This document shows positions 51,734 through 64,000 of a DNA stretch of 64,000 nucleotides, piece after piece. A program made the position numbers and the translations under genes. How positions within the stretch are numbered: position 1 is the stretch's first letter; each line of letters opens with the position of its first letter. A model generated the notes under the pieces. It had not been told where the DNA came from and searched no databases. It worked only from the letters and a program-made list of their open reading frames with translations. Source of the stretch: Sphagnum compactum (Eukaryota); contig OZ234493.1 in the NCBI GenBank assembly GCA_965153455.1, positions 12,018,213-12,082,212 of the forward strand. Direction: 5' to 3'.

Positions 51734-52553
51734 TGACGCGCTCCTTGGTCCCGGGGTGAACCCACTTGAGGGTTCACCAATGTGAAGTTGCGGAAAATGG
51801 GGACCGAAGGACACGCTCCCGACTTCCAACTCTAGAAAGGGGTAGAGGGTCGAGTTGGAAGCCCCGGGATTAGACTAGGAAGATGGACTAGTAGATCAAG
51901 CACGAATCTGCATCCAAAACCAATCACAAATGGGTTAGTTCACATTCGGGAACACCCTTGGGTGTTGGGACAAGCCACGAGCACTTCGGACTACTTGACT
52001 CACCACGGCCCGGCTTTGGGGGAAGCCACCACCTTCCCCCTTATAGTTATCTCTGCAGCTCACCACGAAGGCTACATCCAAATGGCACATTTTGTTGGGA
52101 CTCCCGAAATGGAGTCCCGAAATTGTCCCGGCGGGACTCCCGGGACTTTGAACGGTCATAACTCCCGATTCCGAAGTCCGATCGCGACGAGGTCTGAACC
52201 AAAGTTGTAGCCCTCGTCGAGATCTTTTCAACGCCATGTCGCACTCCCTGAGGCGACGTCGGAAAAGGGTCGATTCCCGACTTTTAGTGGTCGGGAGTCA
52301 AACTGCCAGTTTGACTCCCGGCCCTTCTTTTGCCCATAACTTGGGCTGCAGATGTCCAAATGGTCAATGCGAGGCCATTTTCGATATCTACGTTTCAAGA
52401 CCTTTCCAATGACACCAAGAACACCCCAATGCGAGGTGTTTTGCCCCTTGCTGTTGAGCTCTGAACATTCGGGAGTCCCGGAGGACTCCAAACCTCCAAC
52501 TTTTCCAAGTGTTGGGCTTCACCCCCACACTTGGACAAAGTGGGGTTGCGACA
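51734..52553 (-). repeat. 3' LTR
   Basis: 820-bp direct repeat of 57858-58677; 7 substitutions counted by eye. Confidence 0.97.
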
Positions 52554-52565
52554 CTCTCCCCCACT
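52554..52565 (-). other. Polypurine tract
   Basis: The minus strand reads ..AGTGGGGGAGAG immediately before the 3' LTR. Confidence 0.85.
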
Positions 52566-53332
52566 AGAAGAAAGAGGTCAATGTCCTTATTGACACTTAG
52601 AATTTTCCTTCATGCAATTGCAATTGCTTTCTTTTGGATCCTTGGCCATTTGCCGACTCTTGCGGCTCGGACCTTGCCTCAAGCTAACTTAGGCGTCCCC
52701 AAGTTTCCAACACTTTCTTGACAAGTCCAAGAAGGTCTTGTAGGGAACCCTCTTTCTTTGCTTCGTCAAAAGACTAAACTAGTCTAATTGACGAAGCCCT
52801 CATTTGGGAGGAACCTTTTTTCCATCCTTCCCTTCATGAGGACTTAAGTCAAGTCTACTCTTGACCTAAGCTACTTGACATGACTCCTTTTCCTATCTCG
52901 CGCCTTGGTCACAACAACCAAGCCTTAACTAAAAGGTTTGCTTATCAAGGTACGAGAAGCAACACTTAGGTTTGCCAAACCCAAGTCCCAAACTACACTT
53001 AAAGTATGCGAGCGGGGTCATGACTTCCCGCGTTGGCCACACTACCAACCAACCCTTTGGGATGCACTTAAGGCATGTGCATGTCCCCGCAAGCTCACCT
53101 TGCTTGCCTCCTCTTTTGGGGCCAAGTTTCCTCAACCCCAAAGTAGGAGTCCGATTTTGATTTGGGCCTACGCAAGAGAGTTCTATTTGTCCATGCCACA
53201 ACCCTATTTGCCTTAACAAATTTTTCATGATACAATATCTTGGAAGTTTTAAAGCCCTTTTTATTTCACTTGCAACTTGATGTGGTACATTTTATGAAAC
53301 TCTCCCCCTCTAAAAAAAAAATGATGTCCTCA

Positions 53333-56300
53333 TCACGCTCTACGTCTTTTCTTTGCCGGTCTAGTGTGGAATTCTTCTATGGCTTCTTGGGCATGTTCCA
53401 TGTCGGATTCATTCACCCAAGATGCCTCTATTGCATGGTAACCTTTCCACTTCACTAAGTATTCCCGCTCTCGTCCTCTAAGTTGCCTTGATTTGAGCAC
53501 GGCCTCAACCTCAAACTCTGGTTCATTATGAACCAAGTCCGGTGCAGGCCTTGAATGATGCTCTCTATTAGGCCTTGAGGTGTCGCGGGAGACCGGCTTC
53601 AAAAGGGAAACATGAAATGTGGGATGAACTCTAAGATTTTCCGGAAGTTCTAACTTATAAGTGTCGGAAAGTTTCTTTTCCAATACTTTGAATGGACCCG
53701 CATATGGGCCCATAAACTTATGACTTAACCCTTCGGGCAACCGGAAGTTCTTTATGTTCAACCACACCTCGTCTCCTTCTTGAAACTTCACCTCTCGTCG
53801 GGACTTGTCCGCAAAATCCTTGTACCTTTTGTGCGCCTTTTCCAAGTTGGCTTTTGCCAACTCCCATAAGCGCTTTCTTTCTTCATCAAGTTGTGTGACC
53901 ATTGGCACTTCCTCACTTGCATCAATCGAAGGTTGTCCTTGTGCGGCCCAAGTCATGGGCACAATTGGTGACTTGCCCGTCACCATTTGGAATGGGGTGG
54001 ATCCCGTTGCGGAGTGTACCGAGTTGTTGTAACAAAACTCGGCTAACTCCAAATGATCCACCCAATCTTGTTGATCCGCCGCCACATAATTCCTTAGGAA
54101 TTGTTGGATCACCAAGTTCACCCTCTCGGTTTGTCCATCGGTTTGGGGGCGGAATGAAATGCTCATTTTGAGTTCCGACCCCATTCGCTTCCACAAGGCC
54201 CTCCAAAACTTACTCGTGAACTTTGGATCCCGATCCGACACTATGTCCTTTGGAAGGCCATGATGCTTGAAAATGTGGGAGAAGAACAACCTCCCCGTCT
54301 CTTGAGCCGTGGCTTCATCCTTTGTGGGAATGAAGTGTGCCATTTTGCTAAATCGATCCACCACAACCATGATGGCATCGAACCCTTTTGAAGGGGGCAA
54401 ACTTACCATAAAGTCCATTGACACACTTTCCCACGGCCCTTCGGGAATTGGCAAAGGTTGCAACAAACCCGCTTGCTTTTTGTTGAGGGTCCGATTTTGT
54501 TGACAAGTTAAACAAGTCTTCACGTACTCCTCCGCATCATCCTTCAAGTTGGGCCAATAGTAGGACTTCTTTAGGAATGTTGTGGTGCGCTTTGCACCAC
54601 CATGGCCCGCAAGCGGTCCATCGTGACATTCCTTCAAAAGTGTGTCCCTAATTTTCCCTTCCGGCACATAGAGTCGGTTTTGCTTGTACCACAACAATCC
54701 ATTTTTCAAGCGGAAGTGGGACTTGGCTCCATTTTGGATGCTTTGCCTTGCCTCCTTGGCAAAAGCATCCCGGCGGTTTGCTAATCTAACTTCCTTTTGA
54801 AGTTTCGACTCTCCCACATACACCACTCTAAGTTGGTGTTTCCGGCTCAAAGCATCGGGGACTATGTTCTCCTTTCCCGGCTTGTGCCGGATGTCCACAT
54901 TGAACAAGGCCAATGTGTCTTGCCACCTTTGTTGTTTTGATGACAACTTGGGTTGAGTTGCGAAGTACTTCAAGGTCACATTGTCGGTCCACACCACCAC
55001 ATCTTTGGAGCCTATGTAATGGCCCCAAGTCTTGAGACAATGTATGACCGCCCACATTTCCTTCTCGTGAGTTGGTCACTTTCGCTCCGTCTCACTCAAC
55101 TTCTTGCTTTCAAAGGCCACCGGTCTTCCATCTTGCACTATGACGCCCCCAATTGCAAAGTCGGAGGCGTCGGAATGGATTTCAAACTCCTTGTCAAAGT
55201 CGGGCAACTTCAACACCGGCGCCTTCACCAAAATGCCCTTCAACGTTCCAAAGGCTTCGTCGCATGCTTCATCCCAATCATAAGTGACGGCGAACTTCTT
55301 CAAGAGGTTTGTCAAAGGGGCCGCTATTCTCGCAAAGTTCTTTATGAACTTGCGATAATAGGAGGCCAATCCTAAAAAGGATATCAAGGCGGGAACCGAG
55401 TTAGGCGGCTCCCAATCCAAAATCGCCTTGACCTTGTGATCATCCATCATCAAACCATCTTGAGTTATCCTATGCCCAAGGAAATCCACTTCCGTCACCC
55501 CAAATTCGCACTTCTCAAGCTTGGCATACAACTTGTTTTCCCTTAGCCTTTGGAACACCTTGCGAAGGTGCTCCGCATGCTCCTCCATGGAGCTACTATA
55601 AATCAAAATGTCGTCTATGTAGACGACCACAAAATCATCAAGCCATTCACGGAAAATGTCATTCATGAGGGTGCAAAATGTTGCGGGTGCATTGGTGAGC
55701 CCAAAGGGCATCACCAAGAACTCGTATGACCCATACCTTGTGCGACAAGCGGTCTTTTCTTCGTCCCCTTCCGCGATCCTTATTTGGTAATATCCCGAAC
55801 GTAGATCAATTCTACTAAAAACCTTGGCTCCCGAGAGACGATCAAATAGATCATCGATGCGAGGTAAAGGATAACGGTTTTTCACCGTTGCCTTATTGAG
55901 TGCTCTATAATCCACACACATCCTCAAAGTCCCATCCTTCTTGTGAACAAAAAGGAGGGGTGCCCCATATGGCGACTTGCTTGGTTTGATGTAACCTTTC
56001 GCGAGGAGTTCTTCAAGTTAAACCTTGAGTTCCTTCAACTCCTCGTGGCTCATTCTATATGGGGCCTTGGCGGGCGGTTCCACTCCCGGTATCACTTCGA
56101 TCGCATGATCAACTCGTCTTCTCGGGGGCAAATCTTCGGGCAACTCTTCGGGCATCACATCCGGGAACTCTTCCAAAACCTTCCTTATGCACTTGGCGGA
56201 AGTCACCAACTTGGTGGCTTCCTTAGGCTCATACTCATCCAACACCCGCATGACACACATCATGCCAAAGCCCCCCACTAGTTCTCTTTCCCAAGCTTTT

Positions 56301-57814
56301 CCTAACATAAAGTGGATGGTTGGACCAACCACACAAGGCAACTCATGTGCCTTAACTCGCACAATCCCACTTTTAGATGGGATTCTAACTAACCTATTGT
56401 GCCCTTCAATGAGCACATTATTTTGGGTAATGAATTCCATTCCCAAAACGCACTCCATTCCACCCAAGGTGGAAACTAACAAATCCACTTTTCCTCTCCA
56501 ATTTCCCAATTGGAGAGGCACTCCCTTTGCTTGTAGTGTGGTTGGATGGGGAACCCCATCCGCGAAATGCACCTCAATGGGTGCCTTGAGCTCCTCCAAG
56601 TGGAGCTCCATCCTTTCGGCGCTCTCCCGAGTTATGAAGTTGTGGGAGGCCCCTGTGTCCAAAAGACATAAGATTTCTCGTTTAGCAATCTTCCCTTTCA
56701 AGAATATAAGTCGATTGCATTCCGGTTGGGCTAAAGTGGCATTGAGAGCAAATACCTTAGAGCTCCCAACCCCCGTTTTGGATATGGGACAATCTTTGGA
56801 GTAATGCCCCACCTCGTTGCAATTGAAACATGCACCCTTGGGCTTTGCTCCAAAGTCTCCCTTGGTTTGGCACCCTTTGAAAGGAGCCCCCTTCTTCACG
56901 AAGCTACCCTTTGGTTTGAACCCCGGGCCTTGGAATTGTTTTGGCTTATCCTTGGTTGGGCTACCTTGCCCCCGGTTCCATTCCCCCTCATGCCTTGGCT
57001 TTTTGTGAAGGAACTTGTTGTCCTTCTTGAACCCGGATTTGTCGCTCCGCCCCACATCCGAGAAGTTCTCCACTTTCGTGATGGCCTCGGATAACGAGGC
57101 GGGCCAACTCTCCTCAAGCTTTCGCTTGGCCCAAGTCGGAAGTCCCATCACGAATTGGCACACACGATCCAACTCGTGCATGTGCCGGATCTCCAACATG
57201 AGTTCGGAATAGGCCCTCACATATTGCCTCAAATTTTCATTTGTGGCATTCACAAGGTCGCGGAGTTTGCACCTAGAAATGTAGTCGGAGTTTCTCGGAA
57301 TGAACTCCGCCTCAATGCGATCCTTGAAAAACTCCCACGTATAGCCATGGTTCTTGCCCTCCTCTTGTCTCACCGTCCGCCACCATGTGGCGGCATAGCC
57401 TTTCAAGTAGGATTGGGCAAGCTCCACGGCGGAATTCCGTCCAACCTTGGTGGCATGGATATAATCATCCATTTCCGCAAGCCAAGCATCCACCACCTTA
57501 CGGTCTCGGGCACCATCGAAATTCCCGGGCTTGGCCGGTTGAAACCTTTCACCTTTGGAGGCCCCCGTTTTGAGGGCCGCCACCAACTCACCAAAGTCGG
57601 GCCTATTCATCTTGAGGAGGACTTCAAGTTGCTCCGGGGTGAATAGGACCGAGCTTCGTTGTTCCTCCTCACTCTCGGGTTCAACCTCGGGCTCATCTTG
57701 GTCCTCCCGGAAGTTTAGTTCCTCCCCAATTGATTCCGGCGGGGCTACTAGGTCATCGACGGGCTCCTCGGACCTAGGCTCTGGGGCTAGCTTCTGGTTC
57801 TTCTTGGGTGCCAT
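53333..57814 (-). pseudogene. Single-frame gag-pol (Gag, CCHC, protease, RT, RNase H, integrase, chromodomain) with two in-frame stops
   Basis: ATG at 57814 (MAPKK). Motifs: CFNCNEVGHYSKDC, LLDTGAS, YIDD, SDASDF, integrase H-H-C-C with D,D,E, GPYAGPF, and chromodomain EFEVEAVL..EYLVKWKGY..ASW. ORFs 56018..57904, 55076..55927 and 53333..55057 share one frame, broken by TAA (56020-56018) and TGA (55078-55076). Confidence 0.95.
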
Positions 57815-57840
57815 CCCAAAAATGTCGTTGAGCTTCACCT

Positions 57841-57855
57841 TGAGCTCTGATACCA
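57841..57855 (-). other. Primer-binding site for initiator tRNA-Met
   Basis: The minus strand reads TGGTATCAGAGC, 2 nt inside the 5' LTR boundary. Confidence 0.92.
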
Positions 57856-57857
57856 CG

Positions 57858-58677
57858 TGACGCGCTCCTTGGTCCCGGGGTGAACCCACTTGAGGGTTCA
57901 CCAATGTGAAGTTGCGGAAAATGGGGACCGAAGGACACGCTCCCGACTTCCAACTCTAGAAAGGGGTAGAGGGTCGAGTTGGAAGCCCCGGGATTAGACT
58001 AGGAAGATGGACTAGTAGATCAAGCACGAATCTGCATCCAAAACCAACCACAAATGGGTTAGTTCACATTCGGGAACACCCTTGAGTGTTGGGACAAGCC
58101 ACGGGCACTTCGGACTACTTGACTCACCACGGCCCGGCTTTGGGGGAAGCCACCACCTTCCCCCTTATAGTTATCTCTGCAGCTCACCACGAAGGCTACA
58201 TCCAAATGGCACATTTTGTTGGGACTCCCGAAATGGAGTCCCGAAATTGTCCCGGCGGGACTCCCGGGACTTTGAACGGTCATAACTCCCGATTCTGAAG
58301 TCCGATCGCGACGAGGTCTGAACCAAAGTTGTAGCCCTCGTCGAGATCTTTTCAACGCCATGTCGCATTCCCTGAGGCGACGTCGGGAAAGGGTCGATTC
58401 CCGACTTTTAGTGGTCGGGAGTCAAACTGCCAGTTTGACTCCCGGCCCTTCTTTTGCCCATAACTTGGGCTGCAGATGTCCAAATGGTCAATGCGAGGCC
58501 ATTTTCGATATCTACGTTTCAAGACCTTTCCAATGACACCAAGAACACCCCAATGCGAGGTGTTTTGCCCCTTGCTGTCGAGCTCTGAACATTCGGGAGT
58601 CCCGGAGGACTCCAAACCTCCAACTTTTCCAAGTGTTGGGCTTCACCCCCACACTTGGACAAAGTGGGGTTGCGACA
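57858..58677 (-). repeat. 5' LTR
   Basis: 820-bp direct repeat of 51734-52553, adjacent to the PBS. Confidence 0.97.
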
Positions 58678-61499
58678 CGTATCCTCCAAGATGCACTTTG
58701 GTCACAAATGGTTTATCCATTTTGGGTGTGCCAATGGGTTCTTAAGACTTTGCCACGCATTTATTAGATGAGGCTTTATCTCAAGACATGGTGCATATCG
58801 ATGATTTTTTTTCTCTTGGGAGATACCTTTTTTTTTCCTACCTATTTTTTTTGGCGAGTTTTGACAAAAAAATTATGCAAGTATGTGGGGACATTATGGG
58901 TTTAGGATTGTGAGAAATTTTTCAAGCCCCTTCAATGAGGCATTGGGCTCGATTGTTGATATCCTTTAGTGGTACATGCCTTCTCTCTATGGAGGATTAT
59001 GCTACATATACTTTTCTAGGGAATTGGGCTCTGGTGGCTTCGTATTTGTGCTCTAAGTTTCATATTTTCAATAGACCCATTTTGGAGGAGTATGTTTTTC
59101 AAGTTGAGGGGGCTCACACCTGCTTCAGTCATGCTTATGTGTAGCACAAGATGGTTTTCCTCCTACAATTAAAGAGATGCACCCTTCTTTTAAGAGTTTA
59201 GTAGTTACCGACACCCTAGGTCTACAAGTATCTCTGATGGACATCCTCCACAACACATCCCTTACATCGATCTTGGAGGATGATTCCATTTCCTCAACAT
59301 CCATAGTCCGCATTCATTTTTGTTTGAGCAAAAAGGGTAGGGCTATGGTTGGTTACTAGGTCATCTATTCATTTGTTTTGCATCGCACACTCTGCTTTCA
59401 CCTCAACGTTGTGTTTACGTCTTGGTTTGATTCAGCCTTTGGCATCTAATTTTCTCACCTGTGAATGTGGACATGGGTTGGATGTATCTGGCACGAATTA
59501 GCTCATTGCCCATTTGGAGGTTAGTGGATAGCCACACATGATGCCATTTGAGATGTCATGGATGCCCTTGCCCAAGAAAATGGGCATGCCATATGGAGAT
59601 AATGGTGGTATGCCCTTATGTCACAAGTTTCATTACGAGTCGATCTCTACATGATCCGAAAGGACCAAATTTCATTGTTGATGTGGTGGTTATTGACTTT
59701 ACGTGGGAGACGATGGTTTTGAGTGTCATTAGTCAACTAGTAGGTGCAGTTGCAAAACGTAGCGCCATTGTTACAATCTGTAAATATAAAGGGCTTTGTG
59801 AGGGGCACCACTTTATTCCAATGGCCATGGAGGTGCACAGCGCACCTTAGCGTGATATGGATCATTTCATTAATGAATGTGCCTGTCTTTTCCATGATAG
59901 ATGATAGGAAGGTCATTTATCCTTGTCTTTTTGCATTCAGTTCTTCTAGGTAGTGTGTTAGTATTGCTCTTCAATGTGCTTTAGCCTTTGCTATAAAAAA
60001 TAAACTGTGTTGGTGGGTGATGCTTATTGTAGACCTCCCATCACTATTAAATTTCACAATTTGCATGTAGGTGAAATTAGAGGGGCTATGGGTGAAATAA
60101 TTTCCTATCACGAGAGGGACTAGCTCTCTCCCTTCTTTTGGTTCTTGCGAGTTGTGCATCCTTTGGCCTTTTTTTGGCCTTCCCTTTTGTTGTGATGATT
60201 CCAGCCATCGATTTTTTATTGGATTTTGGGGAAAGTTCTTTAAAACAACTTGCTTGCGATACATGAAAGTTCATGGTAACATTTCTTTTTCAAGTCATTT
60301 GTCATTTTTTGATTGTATGTTTTTTCATCTCTTTACATTTGCTACATCTCTTTTTCGAAATGTCACTCTATTTCTTTGCAAATTTATGTCATAGTAGCAA
60401 ATCATTAAACTCAAATATTTCTTTCCCTACCAAGATTCATCTTTCATTTCATCTTGATTGCCCAGAAAAAATTGTATATTTTCCTTTGTATTACAATTGC
60501 TTTTTGTCTTACAACAATTCCTCAACAACTAGTTGCAATTCTTTTTCTTATGCAACAAGAACAACCTACATTGTTGCATATGTTTTATTTTTGCATCATC
60601 ATACCTTTTTGACATTTGCATTCGTTACTATTATGTAAGTTCTTGCTTGCTGTCATATATAAGATTATGCAAAAATGAATCAATTTGTTGCAAGAAAATG
60701 AAAATGAAGGTGTTTAAAACTAAATTGATGCAAAGTGCACAAAATAATTGATCAAACACGATTGGAGTACATCAAACGAAAGGAGTTGATATTCAAGGTC
60801 ATTAAATGTTTGTTGGTAATCAACAAGGTACAAATATTAACCCAAATTTTAATTTATGATTCACCACCATGCTTTTATGTGATATAAATTTCATCCTTGA
60901 TCCTTGAGATGTTTATTTTTAAATTTATGTTTCATATTCATTTATTTTAATACTGAATAGATGATTGTCATGATATGATTATACTTAGGCGCTCCATGCA
61001 AATTATTTTGTAGACATCCTTGGATTGCTAAACCCATCACTTTCGTGATACTTAATATTGATCAAATCACTTTCCTTTACATTTTATTTATTTATTTGTC
61101 ACAAAGTATGAAAATTTTAATACTTTGTCCACCTTATCCAACTTCTATAATTAGACTTATGAAAATAGGTTGAATTGATGATCTTGGTGGCATTGTTTAG
61201 TTTTTGCTCAATAGTAAAGAAATAAAACTCGTCAACATCAAAAGATTAGGAGTGCACAAATTTCAAAGACTCAACTAAATATAATTGTCCTCTTCAACCT
61301 TGAAACAATGTTGATTTAGAAACAAAGATGCTTCACCTTGAGGAGATTTGATTGGAAATTGGTCTTCATTGAAATTGTCAATGTCATCATTTAGTGTAAT
61401 GATCTCTTGGTTGCAAACTATTAGTTGCACATGTTAAACATCATCATTAGGCTTCATGCAATCCTTTGAGTGCGAAAGATTTACGGAAAACATCCACTT

Positions 61500-61790
61500 C
61501 ATTTCCACGTCAATCATTTTGCAACAACTTTGGTGAAGTGTTATGACAATCCCAAATCAATCTTGTGCTTTAAATTCATGTTCCAATATTCTTCATCAAG
61601 ACCAATGCCATTCATGTGATCATGAATATTTTTGAAATCCCCATAAATGGTTCCCCCATTTGTCTTTGCAAGTTGAACCACTTGCAATGTCCTAGCATCA
61701 ACTTCCATGGCAACATCAAATATTTACTTCCATTTCATTGTTACAGTTTCCATATTACCCTTCAAACTTATAGTCTCCAAGTTTGTTTCA
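61500..61790 (-). pseudogene. Myb/SANT-like (trihelix-type) DNA-binding domain relic
   Basis: Frameshifted fragments read MKWK*IF..STCKDKWG/TIYGDFKNIHDHMNGIGLDEEYWNM. Intronless with stops, so probably transposon-derived. Confidence 0.5.
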
Positions 61791-62431
61791 TGTTATAGTC
61801 ACTTTGTGTTTATGAATGCAAGAACTTTAGAATTCAAGCAATTGGGATGTTGGGCTTTTTTGCTTTGATATTAAAAAATTTGACTTTGTGTTTAAAAGGA
61901 CCTTAAGTTTCCCTTTGTTATGTCATAATGAAGTTGACACTTTGCCATTACCATCGTTGAAGTTCACCACATTTGCATAAACAACTTTCCAATGGATGGT
62001 GCACTAATGGCTGTTGGGCATTTTTAAAAAAAAATTTATGAATCATCTCCAACCAAGAGGTCAATTTTTAGATTTGCGAAAGGCCAAAACTTGAAAAAAT
62101 AAATTAGAACAATTTTTTTTTTCCAAATTTCATATTAAATTTCAATATGTAGCCAATATTATTTATTTATTTATTTATATAAAAAAATTGGTTAAATTGT
62201 CTTATAGATTATTTACCAATTTAACTACATCACAATATTTTTCAATAAAACATTGGTCTCATAATCCATTGTTATTATGTTATGTCACCACAATTCACTC
62301 TTGTGCCATTGGCCTAGGTCAAAAATGGTCACCAACACAATTAGAAATCCACCCCAATGAATGAAGTGAGGCAACATGCACCCAAGGGGCTCAATTATTT
62401 TTTCCTTCTAGAGATAAAAGAAAGGGGGGGG

Positions 62432-62433
<2 letters not shown>

Positions 62434-62473
<40 letters not shown>
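62434..62473. repeat. (GA)n microsatellite
   Basis: About 19-20 GA units following a G run. Confidence 0.95.
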
Positions 62474-62476
<3 letters not shown>

Positions 62477-64000
62477 GGATTGTTTTGGAATTTGGTGTTC
62501 TCAAATGTATTCCATATGGTTCTTTCATGTTCCCACCGAGTGCCCAATGGTAATTTATCATGTTTTGAATTTGTTCCTCAAATTCTCCCAATAGGTTCCT
62601 AACAGGAGCACCCTTTATCCCATATATTTTGCTCAATGTCTTCCTCTTGTAATATACATAGGTAGCCCAAAAGAGAAAAGCTTACATTATGATTATTTAA
62701 GGAGTGGCAAAAATTTGCTCACCACTTGTAGATCACTAGGTCATGTGGACAAGTCTATTTTTGGGGGTGATGGCCCACTCAAAGAGGTCCATCCCTAAAA
62801 GGGGAAAAAAAAAAGAAAAAAAGGAAAAGGTCTTCACTATCCCCCTCCTTGCCTTCTTCCCCCCTCAACTCATTAATACTAATCAACAAACATAATCTCC
62901 AATTCTCTTTAGGAGATGTTAAACACCCCCAATGAGCTCTATTCAAAATGCACTTGTTAGCAAAATAGTATTTAGCTTTGCCTAGAGTTGTGTGGTTCTA
63001 TCACAAGGTTTGATTAATTTGACCCTCCTTTTAAGCGAAAAAAAAAAAAATATGAAATAATTTTTTTAATGCCAAAAACTATGCTAATGGTTGGAATTTG
63101 TCCCTCTCTCTCTCTTGAGAAGGTGTTGGGTTCAAAGTCGTCAATTTGGGACATCATCGAAAAAGGCAAAATAAAAAAATAATTGTCACATGAGTAGCCT
63201 AGTGGAATTATATTAGGAGGTGTAGCCTATGATAATTAGGATGATTTTCAACATGTCAACTAACTTCATATTTTCACAAAAATTCATTTCACTATTTTGA
63301 GGATTATTTAACCGACCTTAAGGTAATAAGGTATGCATAGTGGGTCAACAAGCAATGGCACTTAGACAAAAGCCAACTTGATTGATTAGTAGTAACACAT
63401 GAGTGACTTGACTTGACTTATAATACAAGATCCTTTGTCATCTTTCCATTTTTGGGATGTGGGGGAAGCAAACCTTTTGTTGCTAAAAAGAAAGGAATTT
63501 AAAAACAATTAGCCTCTCAAAATGTCAATCTTGATAGGTAACTCTTTTCTTATACCCTCAAAATATGTTCTCTCGATATGTTGTCAATGTTTTTTTTGTT
63601 TTTTCCAATGTGTTCCTTATTTTTATGGTGTACATTATGCTTTGCTAAATGTTCCTTATGTTGTTCCCACGGTTCCCGTGCGTCCTCATGTTGTGTCCTA
63701 ATATGTAGCTTCACTTTGTATATCATATTACTCACCCAAGTCTCCTACTCTTCTAGCCTACATGATAGGTGAGTGAAATGGACAAGCTATATTGGGAATG
63801 TCCAAACTTTAGAAATTTCTCTCTTGAGAGAGTGTAAAAAAGATTCTAAACCTTTTTTCTTTTCTTAACCGACCGAATCAACAACACTCATCAACCCCAA
63901 AAAAAAAAAAAAAAAAGGAAAAAAAAGAAAAGAGACTTTGGATGCACCCACAACTAATTATAGACTCGGGGGCATTGTATCACTCTACTATTTTCCCCCC

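Larger units (their letters stand above)
51734..58677 (-). mobile_element. Full-length Ty3/Gypsy chromovirus LTR retrotransposon (6944 bp)
   Basis: LTRs 57858-58677 (5') and 51734-52553 (3') are each 820 bp with TG..CA ends. TSD CGTAT at 51729-51733 and 58678-58682. PBS, PPT and gag-pol with chromodomain are present. Confidence 0.97.
50700..60125 (+). mobile_element. Decayed CRE-clade (RT + zinc knuckle + restriction-like endonuclease) non-LTR retrotransposon, interrupted by the Gypsy element
   Basis: 5' part 50700-51733: SEDTIVALHQLHP, SSSGLSGMVYEHL, GASRLLPMVKDFGGFRLIAISEVF, HQFGVSTPGGYEAI, QVDVDNSYNSV, GTRQGDPLGSPL, LVDDIHIVG. 3' part 58683-60125: GLSILGVPMGS, TCECGHGLD..HCPFGG..HDAI, RVDL..IVDVVVID, KYKGL..FIPMAMEVH. 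The 5' boundary is uncertain. Confidence 0.75.

Noticed and set aside
51935-53228. Short ORFs in the LTRs and in the 3' untranslated region (52929..53228) as env-like or accessory genes
   Set aside because: They are 100 aa or shorter, overlap on both strands in GC-rich DNA, and show no TM or domain signature.
56018-56020. Programmed gag-pol readthrough stop
   Set aside because: The stop lies after the protease at a position expected to be Gln (ELKVQLEELL), and a second stop interrupts RNase H. Point mutation is the simpler explanation.

Overview
This is eukaryotic nuclear DNA, AT-rich with GT-AG introns. Plant telo-boxes and an iMet-primed Ty3/Gypsy element point to a land plant. A bryophyte such as a peat moss is my unverified guess. 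Three spliced genes lie on the minus strand, each reconstructed by hand with consistent exon phases. (1) A compact ~529-aa HECT E3 ligase in 13 exons (8313..1440) has an unusual N-terminal transmembrane anchor + UIM + HECT layout. (2) An Ecdysoneless/hSGT1-family gene has 5 exons (41385..37876, ~755 aa). (3) An F-box-like gene has 4 exons (45572..43316, ~412 aa). The rest is layered mobile DNA. A young full-length chromodomain Ty3/Gypsy element (51734..58677; 820-bp LTRs, CGTAT TSD, two nonsense codons) sits inside a decayed CRE-clade RLE non-LTR retrotransposon. A decayed hAT element (30183..34405) sits inside the integrase of an old Gypsy relic that ends in a PHD finger. Also present are a P-element-like transposase relic, CACTA- and Tourist-type MITEs, a large fold-back, possible non-autonomous Helitrons and several dispersed or tandem repeats. 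I found no rRNA, tRNA or CRISPR. All domain and family calls come from motif recognition by eye; no database searches were run.
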